Assembly: GCA_027456085.1 (NCBI GenBank) | Contig: DAIDVO010000114.1 | Coordinates: 1-46,628, forward strand | Source: Steroidobacteraceae bacterium | Lineage (GTDB): Bacteria > Pseudomonadota > Gammaproteobacteria > Steroidobacterales > Steroidobacteraceae | Direction of reading: 5' to 3' | Length of the DNA: 46,628 bases | In this document: positions 20,623-30,763 of the stretch, piece by piece | Layout of the letters: every line of letters begins with the position of its first letter | Position numbering within the stretch: the first letter of the stretch is position 1 | Made by a program: the position numbers and the translations under genes | The notes under the pieces: generated by a model | Databases searched by the model: none | What the model was told of the DNA's origin: nothing | What the model saw: the letters and a program-made list of their open reading frames with translations, nothing else

Positions 20623-22821
20623 ATGCACCCGCGCGTTGATCGACCGATGGCATCCCGGTTTCTCGATTTTGGCTTTCTTGTAGGCAGAAACCCGCGCCGC
20701 GTGCTCGCTGTGTGGGTGCTCGCGGTCGCGTTCGGCGCCTGGGGCGCGGCCTTGTTTCCGACTGTGTCGCTCGGAGGGACGTCCGGTCTGTCCGGCAGCG
20801 CTTCCATGCGCGTCGACGACGCGCTGCACACGGAATTCCATAATCCGTTTCTAGATCCGTTGGTCGTCGCCGTTTCGACTCCCCGGCTCGACGTGGATCG
20901 GGCGCCGCTCGCCGATTGGGAGCGTGCGGCCGCGGCGGCGCTGAAGAAATTGCCGGAGGTCAGCGGAGTCTCCGATTATGCGGCGTCCCGCGATCCCGGC
21001 TTGCGTTCCGCCGACGGCCGTCAATCGATGCTGCTCGTCGGCCTCGAGGCGACCGACGTGGCCGGCCAACAGAACGCCGTCGCGCGGGTGCGCGCCGCGC
21101 TCGCGCCTTGGCGCGCGAAGTTGACGGTGCTCGACCCGACCGCGGTTGTCGCCGTGACCGGCGGGCCGGCGGCGGACTACGACATCAATACCGGCAGCGC
21201 TCAAGGCGGGGATCGGGCTGAAAAGCGCGCGCTGCCGCTGACTTTGGTCATCCTATTGCTCGCATTCGGCACCGCCGTCTCGGCGGCCTTGCCGTTTCTG
21301 ATGGGCCTCGCCTCGACGATGGTCGCGCTGGGCGCCGCTTTCCTGTTGGCGCGCCTCATGCCGGTCTCGAATCTGCTGGGCAATGTGGTCACGATGATCG
21401 GGCTTGCGGTCGGCATCGATTATTCGCTGTTGATGGTCAAGGATTTCCGCGAGCGCCTGAAATCCTCGGCCGTCGACGTCGCGGTCGCCGAAACCGTGGC
21501 GGAGGCGGGTACGACGATCTGCTGGTCGGGAAGCACGGTCGCGATCGGCCTCCTCGGGCTGTTGTTCAGCCCGATTTTGGAAACGCGCAGCGTCGGTATC
21601 GGCGGCGCTTTGGTCGTCGTCGTCGCGGTGCTCGCCGCGCTGACCCTGTTGCCGGCGTGTTTGGCGCTGCTCGGCGAAAAGGTCGAGCGCTGGCCCATCG
21701 GATTCGCCGCAGGCAAGCGAACGGACCGCGCCACGGTTTGGCGGCGGCTCGCCGCCTGGACCGTGCGACGGCCTTTCCGCAGCCTCGCACTGGGCGGCGG
21801 CGCCGTGCTGGTTCTGGCGTTGCCCGTCGTCGGCGCGCAGAGCGGCTTCACGAATGAGCCATGGTTCCTGCCCAAGGCGATGGAATCGCGGGTCGGCACG
21901 GAAATAGTCGGCCACATCCAGAGCGCCAACGCCGCGCTCGACGTGCGCATCGTCGTGCGGACGACCGATGGCAAACCCTTGCTCGCCCGAGCGCATGCCG
22001 CGGCACTCGCGGCCTACTCGGCGCAACTCGCGGGCGACCACCGCATCGCGTCGATCGTCTCGCCGCTTTCCGCCCCTAACGACGCCGCCCGCGCGCTGTA
22101 CCTGAGCCGCGACGGCCGCGCGGGACTCTTCGACGTGACGCCGGCGGCGTCGCTGTCGGTCCCTCGAATTCAAGCGCTCGCGCGCGATCTTGCGAAGCTG
22201 CGGCCGGCGGGACCGTTGGAGACGGCCGTCGGCGGTGCGCCGGTCTATTACAGCGAGTTCAGCGATTACATGTGGAAGAGCTTCCCGAAGGTCTTCGGCT
22301 TCGGGATTCTCGCGACTCTGGTGCTGTTGTTCGCGGCGTTTCGCTCCTTCTTGCTGCCGATCAAGGCCGTGATCGCGAACCTGCTCGCGATTCTTGCCGG
22401 CTACGGCGCCGTCGTGGCGGTATTCCAATTCGGCTGGTGCGCGGGCCTCGTTGGCCTCGAGCGGCCGTTCAGTTCGATCGCGCTCGAAGTGCCGATGATG
22501 ATTTTCTGCCTCAGTTTCGGCCTGTCGATGGACTATGAGCTGTTCTTGTTGTTCCGCATCCGGCGCGAATATGCGGCGCACGGCGACAACGACCGCGCTA
22601 CGGTAGATGGCCTCGCCGCGGTCGCGCCGGTGATCACCGGGGCGGGATTGATCATGGCTGTCGTGTTTGGGGCTTTCGCCGCCGCCGCGCTGCCCGCGCT
22701 CAAAATGATCGGCGTCGGATTGTGCGTGGCGGTGCTCGTCGACGCGAGCCTGATCCGCGGCGTCATCGTGCCGGCCTTCATGAGCATCGCCGGGCGTTGG
22801 AATTGGTACCCGGGCCTTTAG
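20623..22821 (+). CDS. MMPL/RND-superfamily membrane transporter
   Basis: 732 aa with two TM bundles separated by soluble loops. GIDYSLLMV..FRE and SMDYELFLLFRIREY motifs typical of MMPL. Starts 13 nt after the Omp85-like gene. Alternative start at 20647. Confidence 0.82.
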   Translation: MHPRVDRPMASRFLDFGFLVGRNPRRVLAVWVLAVAFGAWGAALFPTVSLGGTSGLSGSASMRVDDALHTEFHNPFLDPLVVAVSTPRLDVDRAPLADWERAAAAALKKLPEVSGVSDYAASRDPGLRSADGRQSMLLVGLEATDVAGQQNAVARVRAALAPWRAKLTVLDPTAVVAVTGGPAADYDINTGSAQGGDRAEKRALPLTLVILLLAFGTAVSAALPFLMGLASTMVALGAAFLLARLMPVSNLLGNVVTMIGLAVGIDYSLLMVKDFRERLKSSAVDVAVAETVAEAGTTICWSGSTVAIGLLGLLFSPILETRSVGIGGALVVVVAVLAALTLLPACLALLGEKVERWPIGFAAGKRTDRATVWRRLAAWTVRRPFRSLALGGGAVLVLALPVVGAQSGFTNEPWFLPKAMESRVGTEIVGHIQSANAALDVRIVVRTTDGKPLLARAHAAALAAYSAQLAGDHRIASIVSPLSAPNDAARALYLSRDGRAGLFDVTPAASLSVPRIQALARDLAKLRPAGPLETAVGGAPVYYSEFSDYMWKSFPKVFGFGILATLVLLFAAFRSFLLPIKAVIANLLAILAGYGAVVAVFQFGWCAGLVGLERPFSSIALEVPMMIFCLSFGLSMDYELFLLFRIRREYAAHGDNDRATVDGLAAVAPVITGAGLIMAVVFGAFAAAALPALKMIGVGLCVAVLVDASLIRGVIVPAFMSIAGRWNWYPGL

Positions 22822-22933
22822 CCGCCCCGTCTCCAATAAAAGACACTGTGAGGATCAGGGTCCGCGGCGATACCGTATAGACTTGCACAACGGCGAATGC
22901 GTTCAGCCATCCACGTCCAGGGAGATAGATATC

Positions 22934-23437
22934 ATGGCGCTTTGGAAAGAGATTCCGCCCGGCTCGGCCGGCGCTCCTGTAACCCCCAGTGCCGCGACGC
23001 CGCCGGAGCGCAGTCCGGTGGAGGTCGCTGCGGCGAGCATATTGCGTCGTCCTGCGGCGCCGCGTCCGGAGGGGGGCGATTCGGTCATCGCCGCGCACCT
23101 GAGCATCGAGGGCAAGATCGAGGGTTCCGGCAACGTGCGCATCGCCGGCCGCTTCAAAGGCGACGTGCGCATCGACGGAAACTTCAACATCGAGTCCGGC
23201 GCTCAGTTGACCGGCCAGGTCCTGGCCGGGATCGTGGTGGTCGGCGGCGAGCTGCAGGGAAACATCGAATCGGCGAAGCGCGTCGACGTGCTCGAGGGCG
23301 GCGTCATCGTCGGCGACGTCAAGGCCGGCTCGATCACGGTTGCCGCGGGCTCCAGAATGCGCGGGCACGTCGAATTCGGATGGGACGACGATAAGGTCTC
23401 GAAGCTGGACCAGAGCCGCATGGGTGACGGCAAATAG
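22934..23437 (+). CDS. Bactofilin-family polymer-forming protein
   Basis: Repetitive beta-helix core ...IEGKIEGSGNVRIAGRFKGDVRIDGNFNIESGAQLTGQVLAGIVVVGGELQGNIESAKRVDVLEGGVIVGDVKAGSITVAAGSRMRGHVEF, with a Pro/Ala-rich N-terminus. ATG at 22934 preferred over 22883. Confidence 0.8.
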   Translation: MALWKEIPPGSAGAPVTPSAATPPERSPVEVAAASILRRPAAPRPEGGDSVIAAHLSIEGKIEGSGNVRIAGRFKGDVRIDGNFNIESGAQLTGQVLAGIVVVGGELQGNIESAKRVDVLEGGVIVGDVKAGSITVAAGSRMRGHVEFGWDDDKVSKLDQSRMGDGK

Positions 23438-23439
23438 CG

Positions 23440-23847
23440 ATGAGCGCCGCCCGTCAGGGGTCGCTCGGCGCAACGCGCGTTTGCCCTCATTGCAAAGCGA
23501 CTGTTCTCGCCAGCGCCAGCATTTGCCCCGGTTGCCAGCATCATTTGCGGTTCAATGCCGCTGCGGCGGAGCAGCAGCCGGCCGGCCACCCGGCGATGCG
23601 CATCGAAGGGACGATCGCGCAAGCCGGCGCTGCGGCTTGCGAATATTGCGTCGTCGTGTCGATTTCGAACGAACGCGGTGAAAAAATCTCGCGCCAGGTG
23701 GTCGGCGTAGGCGCCCTTGCGCCCGGCGAGCGCCACAGCTACAGCTTCTCCGTCGACGTCATGCCTGCGCGCACGGCTTCGGACCGCGCTCCGGCGCAGA
23801 ACCGCGAACCGGACTCGGACCGAAAGCCCACACCCGCGCGCAAATAA
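23440..23847 (+). CDS. Hypothetical zinc-ribbon protein
   Basis: 135 aa. CPHC-(13)-CPGC near the N-terminus, a central beta-rich segment and a charged, disordered tail. The ATG lies 2 nt after the bactofilin TAG. Confidence 0.55.
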   Translation: MSAARQGSLGATRVCPHCKATVLASASICPGCQHHLRFNAAAAEQQPAGHPAMRIEGTIAQAGAAACEYCVVVSISNERGEKISRQVVGVGALAPGERHSYSFSVDVMPARTASDRAPAQNREPDSDRKPTPARK

Positions 23848-23853
23848 TTCAGA

Positions 23854-24468
23854 TCAGCCGCTGCGGTTGCGCTCTATATCGATGAAGCGCAGGAATTCGG
23901 CGCGCGTGCTCGGGTCCTTGCGGAATGCGCCGAGCATCTTGCTGGTCACCATCGACACGCCGCGCTTGTGCACGCCGCGCGTCGTCATGCACTGATGGAC
24001 CGCATCGATGACGACGCCGACGCCGCGCGGCTTGAGGACATCGTCGATGCATGCGGCGATTTGCGCAGTGAGCTTCTCTTGGACCTGGAAGCGGCGCGCA
24101 AAGCCGTCGACGACGCGTGCGAGCTTGCTGATGCCGACGACACGGTCGGTCGGCAGGTAGCCGATGTGCGCCCGGCCGATGATCGGCGCCATGTGGTGCT
24201 CGCAGAAGGATTCGAACGAGATGTCGCGCAGCACGACCATCTCGTCATAGCCGTCCACTTCCTCGAACGTGCGGCGCAGGTACTCGCCGGGATCGATCGA
24301 ATACCCGGAGAACCAGTCGCCGAACGCTCTGACGACGCGTCTCGGCGTGTCCTTCAAACCCTCCCGGGCCGGATCCTCGCCCGCCCATCGCAACAGCGTC
24401 TGCACGGCTTGCTCGGCCGCAGTGCGGCTCACGGCGCGCCTTACATTGCGTTTCTTGATTGTTGCCAT
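23854..24468 (-). CDS. folE: GTP cyclohydrolase I (FolE type)
   Basis: 204 aa. ...[22 protein letters not shown]... and ...QVQEKLT... FolE signatures. Confidence 0.94.
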   Translation of the reverse strand: MATIKKRNVRRAVSRTAAEQAVQTLLRWAGEDPAREGLKDTPRRVVRAFGDWFSGYSIDPGEYLRRTFEEVDGYDEMVVLRDISFESFCEHHMAPIIGRAHIGYLPTDRVVGISKLARVVDGFARRFQVQEKLTAQIAACIDDVLKPRGVGVVIDAVHQCMTTRGVHKRGVSMVTSKMLGAFRKDPSTRAEFLRFIDIERNRSG

Positions 24469-24509
24469 GCCCTACCCCCGGCGTGCATCGTTGTCGGCAG
24501 GCCTATACG

Positions 24510-24538
24510 ATAACATCCGTGCTGCGTCCGGCTGTCAA
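24510..24538 (-). promoter_or_regulatory. Candidate folE promoter (TTGACA-N17-TGTTAT on the minus strand)
   Basis: The reverse complement of 24533-24538 is TTGACA and of 24510-24515 is TGTTAT, with a 17-nt spacer, about 40 nt upstream of the folE ATG. Confidence 0.4.
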
Positions 24539-24624
24539 AACCTCGAGGTCAGGGCCGCAATATGGCCAAATCGACGTACTCCATGTGCAAACCGGGCACC
24601 CGTTGCGAGTCCCACCGCGAGCGC

Positions 24625-25590
24625 ATGAAGCGCGCGGCGCTTGCCATCGCCTGCGCCTTCTGCCTGAGCGCGGCGCCGCCGCTTCCCGTGAGCGCCTCGA
24701 CCGCGCCGGCCGCCGCCGATGCGATTCCGCAGGTGGTCGTGACCGGAGTGCGCGCCGGCCCCGGTCTCTGGCGCGTGCAGCGCGGTCCCGCGCAACTATG
24801 GATCCTCGGCACGGTCGCGCCCTTGCCGAAGGACATGGTCTGGCGATCGCGGCAGGTCGAAAGGATTTTGGGCGGTGCGACCCAGGTGCTCGTCGCCAAG
24901 CCGCTGCACGTCGGAATAATGCGGGTGCTGTGGCTCATGCTCACGCAGCGCGATCTGCTGATGCTGCCGCGCGGCCGGAAATTGAAGGATGTCCTGCCGC
25001 CGGCGTTTTATGCGCGCTTCGCCGTGCAAAGAGCGCGGTTCACCACGAGCGCCGACAAATGGGAGCGATTCCGGCCGATCATCGCGATGGCGTTCCTGCA
25101 AGAGGCGGCTTTGCGCAGCGTCGGTTTGTCGACGCGGCTCGATGTCGCCGCCGAAGTGCGAAAACTGGCGCGCCGGCACGAAGTGCCCGTCGAGGAGGTC
25201 AAATTGGCCGGTCTGCGCGACGCGCTCGACGTTCTCAAGACGCTTGCGCCGGGCACCGAACAAAAGTGCGCGGCGGCGGCGTTGGTGACGGTGGAGAGCG
25301 GGCTGCCGCAGCTCAGCGAGCGCGCGCAGGCGTGGGCCACCGGCGATATCGCGCGCATCCGCAGTCTGCCGGAGGCCGCGGAAGTCGGCGCCTGCCGCGC
25401 GGCGGTTAGCGGCGAAGGTGAGGCCGCCGAATTGCTCGGCCAAATGCGCCGCACCTGGCTCGCCCGCATGGAGGAGAGCATGCGGCGCGGCGGCTCGACG
25501 CTCGCGGTCGTCGGCATGGATTTGTTGATAGAGCCCGGGGGCCTGCTCGATGGGTTGCGTGCGCGCGGCTATCGGGTGGATGCGCCGTGA
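24625..25590 (+). CDS. TraB/GumN-family protein (secreted or periplasmic)
   Basis: Signal peptide MKRAALAIACAFCLSAAPPLPVSAS. ...GPGLWRVQRGPAQLWILGTV... and C-terminal ...LAVVGMDLLIEPGGLLDGLRARGYRV resemble GumN/TraB. ATG at 24625 preferred over 24562. Confidence 0.6.
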   Translation: MKRAALAIACAFCLSAAPPLPVSASTAPAAADAIPQVVVTGVRAGPGLWRVQRGPAQLWILGTVAPLPKDMVWRSRQVERILGGATQVLVAKPLHVGIMRVLWLMLTQRDLLMLPRGRKLKDVLPPAFYARFAVQRARFTTSADKWERFRPIIAMAFLQEAALRSVGLSTRLDVAAEVRKLARRHEVPVEEVKLAGLRDALDVLKTLAPGTEQKCAAAALVTVESGLPQLSERAQAWATGDIARIRSLPEAAEVGACRAAVSGEGEAAELLGQMRRTWLARMEESMRRGGSTLAVVGMDLLIEPGGLLDGLRARGYRVDAP

Positions 25591-26630
25591 GGCGCTGCGG
25601 CGGCCTGTGCGAGCGCCTCGAGAATTTCGTCGAGCAAACGGCTGCCGCGATACGCGAATCCCGTATATAGCTGGATGAGGTTCGCGCCGGCGCCGAGTGT
25701 CGCCAATGCCTCGTCCGCGCCGCAGATTCCGCCGACGCCGATGATCGGAAATTCCTCGCCCAGCAACGCGCGCAATCGCCGGATCACGCCGACCGACAGC
25801 CGATGCAGCGGGCGGCCGGAAAGACCGCCGGTGCACCCCGCCGGCAGCTGCGGCGCGAACTCATCGAGCCGGTTCGACGTATTGGTCGCGATCACGCCGT
25901 CCACCTTCAGCGCACGCAATTGCGCGGCGAGCACCGCCAGCTGATCGTCATCCAGGTCGGGCGCGACCTTGACGAACAGCGGTACGGTCCTGCCGAAGCG
26001 GCGCGCGAGCGCGGTCCTCTCGTCGATCAGGGATCCGGCGATGCGCTCCAAGCCGCCTTGCGATTGAAGTTCGCGCAGGCGTGCGGTGTTCGGCGACGAC
26101 ACGTTGACCGCGACGTAATCGGCGTATTCGTAGAGCTTGCGCAGACACTCGACATAGTCGCGTTCGGCGCTCTCGATCGGCGTATCGAAATTCTTTCCGA
26201 TACTGATCCCGCGGATGCCGCGGTAGGCGCTGCGCTGCATGCGGGCGGCAACATGGTCGGCGCCCTTGTTGTTGAAGCCCATGCGGTTGACGAGCGCCGC
26301 GCGCGCGCGGATGCGGAACATGCGCGGCCTGGGGTTGCCGGGCTGGGGCCGAGGCGTCACCGTGCCGACTTCGATGTGGCTGAAGCCGACCGCGCCGAGC
26401 GCATCGAGATAATCGGCGTTCTTGTCGAAGCCCGCGGCAAGTCCCACGGGATGCGCGAATTTGAGACCGGCGCAAGCGACGGCGAGATTCGCCGGCACGT
26501 CGCGCCGCGGCCATAGCGGGCGCAGCCAGCGCAGGCCGCGCAGAGCTAGGGTGTGCGCGGTTTCGGGGTCGAGGCGCGTCAGGACCGGCAGCGCGGCCGC
26601 GGCGAGTGCGGACATGGGGCGTGGCTTCAT
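25569..26630 (-). CDS. pyrD: Dihydroorotate dehydrogenase (quinone), class 2
   Basis: ...LDPETAHTLALRGL..., ...GFDKNADYLDALGAVGFSHIEVGTVTPRPQPGNPRPRMFR..., ...GVIATNT... The start is trimmed from ORF 25569..26813 to the ATG at 26630 (alternative 26615). Confidence 0.92.
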   Translation of the reverse strand: MKPRPMSALAAAALPVLTRLDPETAHTLALRGLRWLRPLWPRRDVPANLAVACAGLKFAHPVGLAAGFDKNADYLDALGAVGFSHIEVGTVTPRPQPGNPRPRMFRIRARAALVNRMGFNNKGADHVAARMQRSAYRGIRGISIGKNFDTPIESAERDYVECLRKLYEYADYVAVNVSSPNTARLRELQSQGGLERIAGSLIDERTALARRFGRTVPLFVKVAPDLDDDQLAVLAAQLRALKVDGVIATNTSNRLDEFAPQLPAGCTGGLSGRPLHRLSVGVIRRLRALLGEEFPIIGVGGICGADEALATLGAGANLIQLYTGFAYRGSRLLDEILEALAQAAAAPHGASTR

Positions 26631-26637
26631 GATCCGT

Positions 26638-27204
26638 TCAGCGATTCGAGAATTCCAGGCGCCACCCGCCGGTCCGGTCCGAAAGCAGGGTGGTCCCGCC
26701 GTAGTCCAGGTGAAGGCGGATGAACGCCTCGACCGGCAACTCCAGCGCGATCGTGAGCAGTGCGCGCAAAGGGCCGGCGTGGCCGACGAGCACGAGCGCC
26801 TCGTGATCGGCACTCAAGAGCGCTTCCCAGGCGGCGCCGACGCGCGCGTGCATCGCCGCGTACGACTCGCCGCCGGGAGCCGAGCAATTCCAAACGTCAC
26901 GGCTCCAAACGTCGGTCTGCGCGCGCGGTATGTCGGCCCAAGGCCGGCCTTCCCATTCGCCGAAATCCAACTCGCGCAAGCGATCGTCGACGATGAGCTT
27001 CGAGCCGAGTGCGGCCGCCAGAGGCTGTGCGAGCCGGCGGCAACGCTGCGCTTCGGTCGTGACGATCGCAGCCGCGGGCGGCAGGCTGCGGGCAAGCCGA
27101 TCAGCAGCGGCTTCGAGGCCGGCCGCCGGCGCAACGTCGAGCCTGCCGTAGCAGATGCCGGGGGCGATGTCGGGCTGTGGATGGCGAATCAGGTAAATAT
27201 TCAT
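26638..27204 (-). CDS. Histidine-phosphatase (PGAM) family protein, alpha-ribazole-phosphatase-like
   Basis: 188 aa. MNIYLIRHPQP... (RH catalytic motif), ...EWEGRPW..., ...LVGHAGPLRAL... Sits between uvrA and pyrD on the same strand. Confidence 0.72.
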   Translation of the reverse strand: MNIYLIRHPQPDIAPGICYGRLDVAPAAGLEAAADRLARSLPPAAAIVTTEAQRCRRLAQPLAAALGSKLIVDDRLRELDFGEWEGRPWADIPRAQTDVWSRDVWNCSAPGGESYAAMHARVGAAWEALLSADHEALVLVGHAGPLRALLTIALELPVEAFIRLHLDYGGTTLLSDRTGGWRLEFSNR

Positions 27205-27219
27205 TCGATGCCGCCGCGC

Positions 27220-30096
27220 TTACGCGCGCCTTCTGTTCATCGCGTCCGCCGCCTCGGCGCCGGCTCCGGGATTCGCCGCCAGCACGGATCGTAGATAGCG
27301 GCCGGTATGCGAGGCTGGATCGCGCGCAATCGCTTCCGGCGGGCCGGCGGCGATGATGCGTCCGCCACCGTCCCCGCCCTCGGGACCCAAGTCCACGACC
27401 CAGTCCGCGGTCTTGATCACGTCGAGATTGTGCTCTATCACGATGACCGTATTGCCCTCGTCGCGCAGCCGGTGAAGAACATCGAGCAGCAACGCGATGT
27501 CGGCGAAATGCAGTCCCGTCGTCGGCTCGTCGAGTATGTAGAGCGTGCGCCCGGTCGCGCGCTTCGACAATTCCTTGGCGAGTTTGACTCGTTGCGCTTC
27601 GCCGCCCGACAGGGTCGTCGCGCTCTGGCCGAGGCGCACATAGGAGAGTCCCACGTCGAGCAGCGTCTTGAGTTTCGGCGCTACGGTCGGCACCGCCGAG
27701 AAGAAGGGCAGCGCCTCCTCGATCGTCATATCGAGTACTTCGTGAATGCTGCGCCCCTTGTAGCGGATTTCGAGCGTCTCGCGGTTGTAGCGCCTGCCGC
27801 GGCACAGGTCGCAGGGCACGTAAACATCCGCGAGAAAGTGCATCTCGACCTTGATCACGCCGTCGCCCTGGCATGCTTCGCAGCGTCCGCCTTTGACGTT
27901 GAAGCTGAAGCGCCCCGCTTCGTAGCCGCGCGCGCGCGCCTCCGGCATCGCTGCGAATATGTCGCGGATCGGCGCGAACAAGCCGGTATAGGTCGCGGGA
28001 TTCGAGCGCGGCGTGCGGCCGATCGGGCCCTGATCGATTTCGATGACGCGGTCGACGTGCTCGAGCCCCTCGAGCCGGTCGAAGTGGGCCGCGCCGACCG
28101 CCGAATGATTCAGCTGCGTGGCCACGGCGCGAAACAGCGTGTCGTTGATCAGCGTGGATTTGCCGGACCCGGACACGCCGGTTACGCAAGTGAGGAGCCC
28201 GAGCGGGAATTGCGCGGACACGTGCCTCAAATTGTTCGCCGATGCGCCGATCAGGCGCAGCATGCGCTGCGGATCCGGCGCGCGGCGCACGGCCGGGACC
28301 GCGATGCGAAGAGCGCCGCTCAAATATTGGCCGGTGATCGACTCCGGATTCGCCGCGACTTCGGCGGCCGTGCCCTGGGCGACGATGCGTCCGCCATGGA
28401 CTCCGGCGCCGGGACCCAGGTCGACGACGTGGTCCGCCTGGCGGATCGCCTCTTCGTCGTGTTCGACGACGATCACGGTGTTGCCGAGATCGCGCAGGTT
28501 GATGAGCGTATCGAGCAACCGCTGATTGTCGCGCTGGTGAAGTCCGATCGAAGGTTCGTCCAGAATGTACATGACGCCGACCAGGCCGGAGCCGATCTGG
28601 CTGGCGAGCCGTATGCGTTGCGCTTCGCCGCCGGAAAGCGTGTCGGCGCTGCGCTCGAGCGTCAGGTATCCGAGGCCCACGTTGGACAAGAACCCGAGTC
28701 GATCGGCGATCTCCTTGACGATTTTGACGGCGATCTCGCCGCGCCAGCCGGGAAGTTCGAGCGCGGCGAAGAATCGAATCGCTTTCTCGACCGCAAGCGC
28801 GGCGAGTTCGGGCGCGCTCTTGCCGGCCACATGGACGTTGCGCGCGGCGCGATTCAGGCGCGTGCCGCCGCACTCGGGGCATGCGCGCGTCGACCGGTAT
28901 TTTGCGATCTCTTCGCGCACGGCCGCCGACTCCGTTTCCGCGTAGCGGCGCTCGAGATTTCGCACGATGCCCTCGAACGGATGCATGCGCTTGACGGTGC
29001 CGCCCTTGCCGTCGAGATACTTGAATTCGATTTGCTCCGCGCCGCTGCCGAACAGCACGAGCTTGCGGATTTCATCCGGCAAACTCTCGAACGCAGCCTC
29101 GATGTCGAATTTGGCATGGCGCGCGAGCGATTGAATCAACTGAAAATAATAGGCGTTGCGCCGATCCCAGCCGCGCACCGCGCCGCCCGCGAGCGACAGA
29201 TGCGGGTTGACGACGATCTTGACGGGGTCGAAATAGTCCTGCGTGCCGAGCCCGTCGCAGGCCGGGCATGCGCCGATCGGGCTGTTGAAGGAGAACAGAC
29301 GGGGCTCGAGCTCCGTCAGTGAATAATTGCAGATCGGGCACGCAAACTTGTCGGAAAACACCAGTTCCGTGCGCCCGGGGTCGTCGATGAACGCGACTCT
29401 GGCGACCCCTTGTCCGAGGCGCAGCGCGGTCTCGAAGGACTCGGCCAAGCGCTGGGCGAGATCCGCGCGCACTTTGAAGCGGTCGACGATGGCTTCGACC
29501 GTGTGCTTGCGCCGCACGTTGAGCTTCGGCGCCTGGTCGAGTTCCATGACGGCGCCGTCGATTCGCGCGCGCAGGTATCCGCCGGCCTGCAACTCCCCGA
29601 TGAGTTCGGCATGCTCCCCCTTGCGCTCGGAAATCGCCGGGGCGAGCAGCATCATCGCCGTGCCTTGCGGATGGGCAAGCACGGAATCGACCATTTGGCT
29701 CACGGTTTGTGCGGCGAGGTCGATGTGATGGTCCGGGCAGCGCGGGGTTCCCGCGCGCGCGAACAACAAGCGCATGTAGTCGTAAATTTCAGTGACCGTG
29801 CCGACCGTCGAGCGCGGGTTGTGCGAGGTCGATTTTTGTTCGATCGAAATCGCCGGGGATAGCCCATCGATGGAATCGACATCCGGCTTTTCCATCATCG
29901 ACAGGAATTGCCGCGCGTATGTCGACAGCGATTCGACATAGCGCCGCTGGCCTTCGGCATAAATCGTGTCGAAGGCGAGCGAGGATTTGCCGGAACCCGA
30001 AAGGCCGGTCAGCACGATCAGCCGATCGCGCGGCAAGTCCAGGTCGACATTCTTCAGGTTGTGCGTCCGGGCGCCCCGGATACGGATGATTTGCAT
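27220..30096 (-). CDS. uvrA: Excinuclease ABC subunit A
   Basis: [58 protein letters not shown]..., 958 aa with two ABC modules. ORF 27220..30903 is trimmed to the ATG at 30096. Confidence 0.96.
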   Translation of the reverse strand: MQIIRIRGARTHNLKNVDLDLPRDRLIVLTGLSGSGKSSLAFDTIYAEGQRRYVESLSTYARQFLSMMEKPDVDSIDGLSPAISIEQKSTSHNPRSTVGTVTEIYDYMRLLFARAGTPRCPDHHIDLAAQTVSQMVDSVLAHPQGTAMMLLAPAISERKGEHAELIGELQAGGYLRARIDGAVMELDQAPKLNVRRKHTVEAIVDRFKVRADLAQRLAESFETALRLGQGVARVAFIDDPGRTELVFSDKFACPICNYSLTELEPRLFSFNSPIGACPACDGLGTQDYFDPVKIVVNPHLSLAGGAVRGWDRRNAYYFQLIQSLARHAKFDIEAAFESLPDEIRKLVLFGSGAEQIEFKYLDGKGGTVKRMHPFEGIVRNLERRYAETESAAVREEIAKYRSTRACPECGGTRLNRAARNVHVAGKSAPELAALAVEKAIRFFAALELPGWRGEIAVKIVKEIADRLGFLSNVGLGYLTLERSADTLSGGEAQRIRLASQIGSGLVGVMYILDEPSIGLHQRDNQRLLDTLINLRDLGNTVIVVEHDEEAIRQADHVVDLGPGAGVHGGRIVAQGTAAEVAANPESITGQYLSGALRIAVPAVRRAPDPQRMLRLIGASANNLRHVSAQFPLGLLTCVTGVSGSGKSTLINDTLFRAVATQLNHSAVGAAHFDRLEGLEHVDRVIEIDQGPIGRTPRSNPATYTGLFAPIRDIFAAMPEARARGYEAGRFSFNVKGGRCEACQGDGVIKVEMHFLADVYVPCDLCRGRRYNRETLEIRYKGRSIHEVLDMTIEEALPFFSAVPTVAPKLKTLLDVGLSYVRLGQSATTLSGGEAQRVKLAKELSKRATGRTLYILDEPTTGLHFADIALLLDVLHRLRDEGNTVIVIEHNLDVIKTADWVVDLGPEGGDGGGRIIAAGPPEAIARDPASHTGRYLRSVLAANPGAGAEAADAMNRRRA

Positions 30097-30282
30097 GGGA
30101 CCCTTCACTATACGCCCGGGGCCGCGGGCGCGTAAAACGGCCGATCTGCCGCAGCCGTCGCCGGCGCACGCAAATCCGTTGGATCGCGCGCGATATGCGG
30201 CCGATTCGAGGCGCCGGGCGTCAACCCGTGCGGCGCGGCGCGTGTACAATGTCGCCATTCTTTGGGGAGTCGGGAGTTCACC

Positions 30283-30753
30283 ATGGCGCGCGGAGTCAAT
30301 AAGGTCATTCTGGTCGGCAATCTCGGAGCGGACCCCGAGACGCGCTCGATGCCGAGCGGCGTGACCGTGACGAACATACGCATCGCGACCAGCGAATCGT
30401 GGAAGGACAAGGCCTCCGGCGCGCAACAGGAGCGGACCGAGTGGCACAGCGTCGCGCTGTTCGCCCGCCTCGGCGAAATCGCCGCCGAGTACCTGCGCAA
30501 GGGTTCGCAAGTCTATGTCGAAGGCAAGCTGCGCACCCGTAAGTGGCAGGATAAACAGGGCAATGACCGCTATACCACCGAAATCATCGCCGACAACATG
30601 CAGATGCTCGGTGCCCGCGGCGGCGGCGGCGGCGGTGGCGCGCCGGGCGGCGGCGAGCGGGGCGCGGCGGGCGCGCCACCGCGCGAGGATTACGACCAGA
30701 CGCCCGCACCGGCCGGCGGCAAAGAAGAATTCGACGACGATATTCCGTTCTAG
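30283..30753 (+). CDS. ssb: Single-stranded DNA-binding protein
   Basis: [19 protein letters not shown]..., Gly-rich linker, acidic tip ...[16 protein letters not shown]. Divergent from uvrA, as in E. coli. Confidence 0.95.
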   Translation: MARGVNKVILVGNLGADPETRSMPSGVTVTNIRIATSESWKDKASGAQQERTEWHSVALFARLGEIAAEYLRKGSQVYVEGKLRTRKWQDKQGNDRYTTEIIADNMQMLGARGGGGGGGAPGGGERGAAGAPPREDYDQTPAPAGGKEEFDDDIPF

Positions 30754-30763
30754 CGTTCCGCCG

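Noticed and set aside
19315-22836. 508-aa (19315..20841) and 527-aa (21253..22836) minus-strand ORFs opposite the Omp85-like and MMPL genes
   Set aside because: Same shadow-ORF artefact, with Arg-rich, low-complexity translations. The plus-strand genes have a signal peptide, barrel motifs and TM architecture. The same reasoning rejects 5811..6758, 11387..12598, 24796..25836, 27307..29322, 31348..32586, 32346..33701 and 40469..41656.
27101-28882. 593-aa same-strand alternative-frame ORF inside uvrA
   Set aside because: The translation is extremely Arg/Pro/Gly-rich with no domain, and the uvrA frame carries the ABC motifs. This is a frame artefact of GC-rich DNA.
30097-30282. Search for a LexA/SOS box in the divergent uvrA-ssb promoter region
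   Set aside because: I found no CTGT-N8-ACAG, GAAC-N7-GTTC or TTAGTA...TACTAA-type palindrome by eye. Only a TACAAT -10-like hexamer (30245-30250) is visible. The LexA motif of this lineage may differ, so absence is not established.
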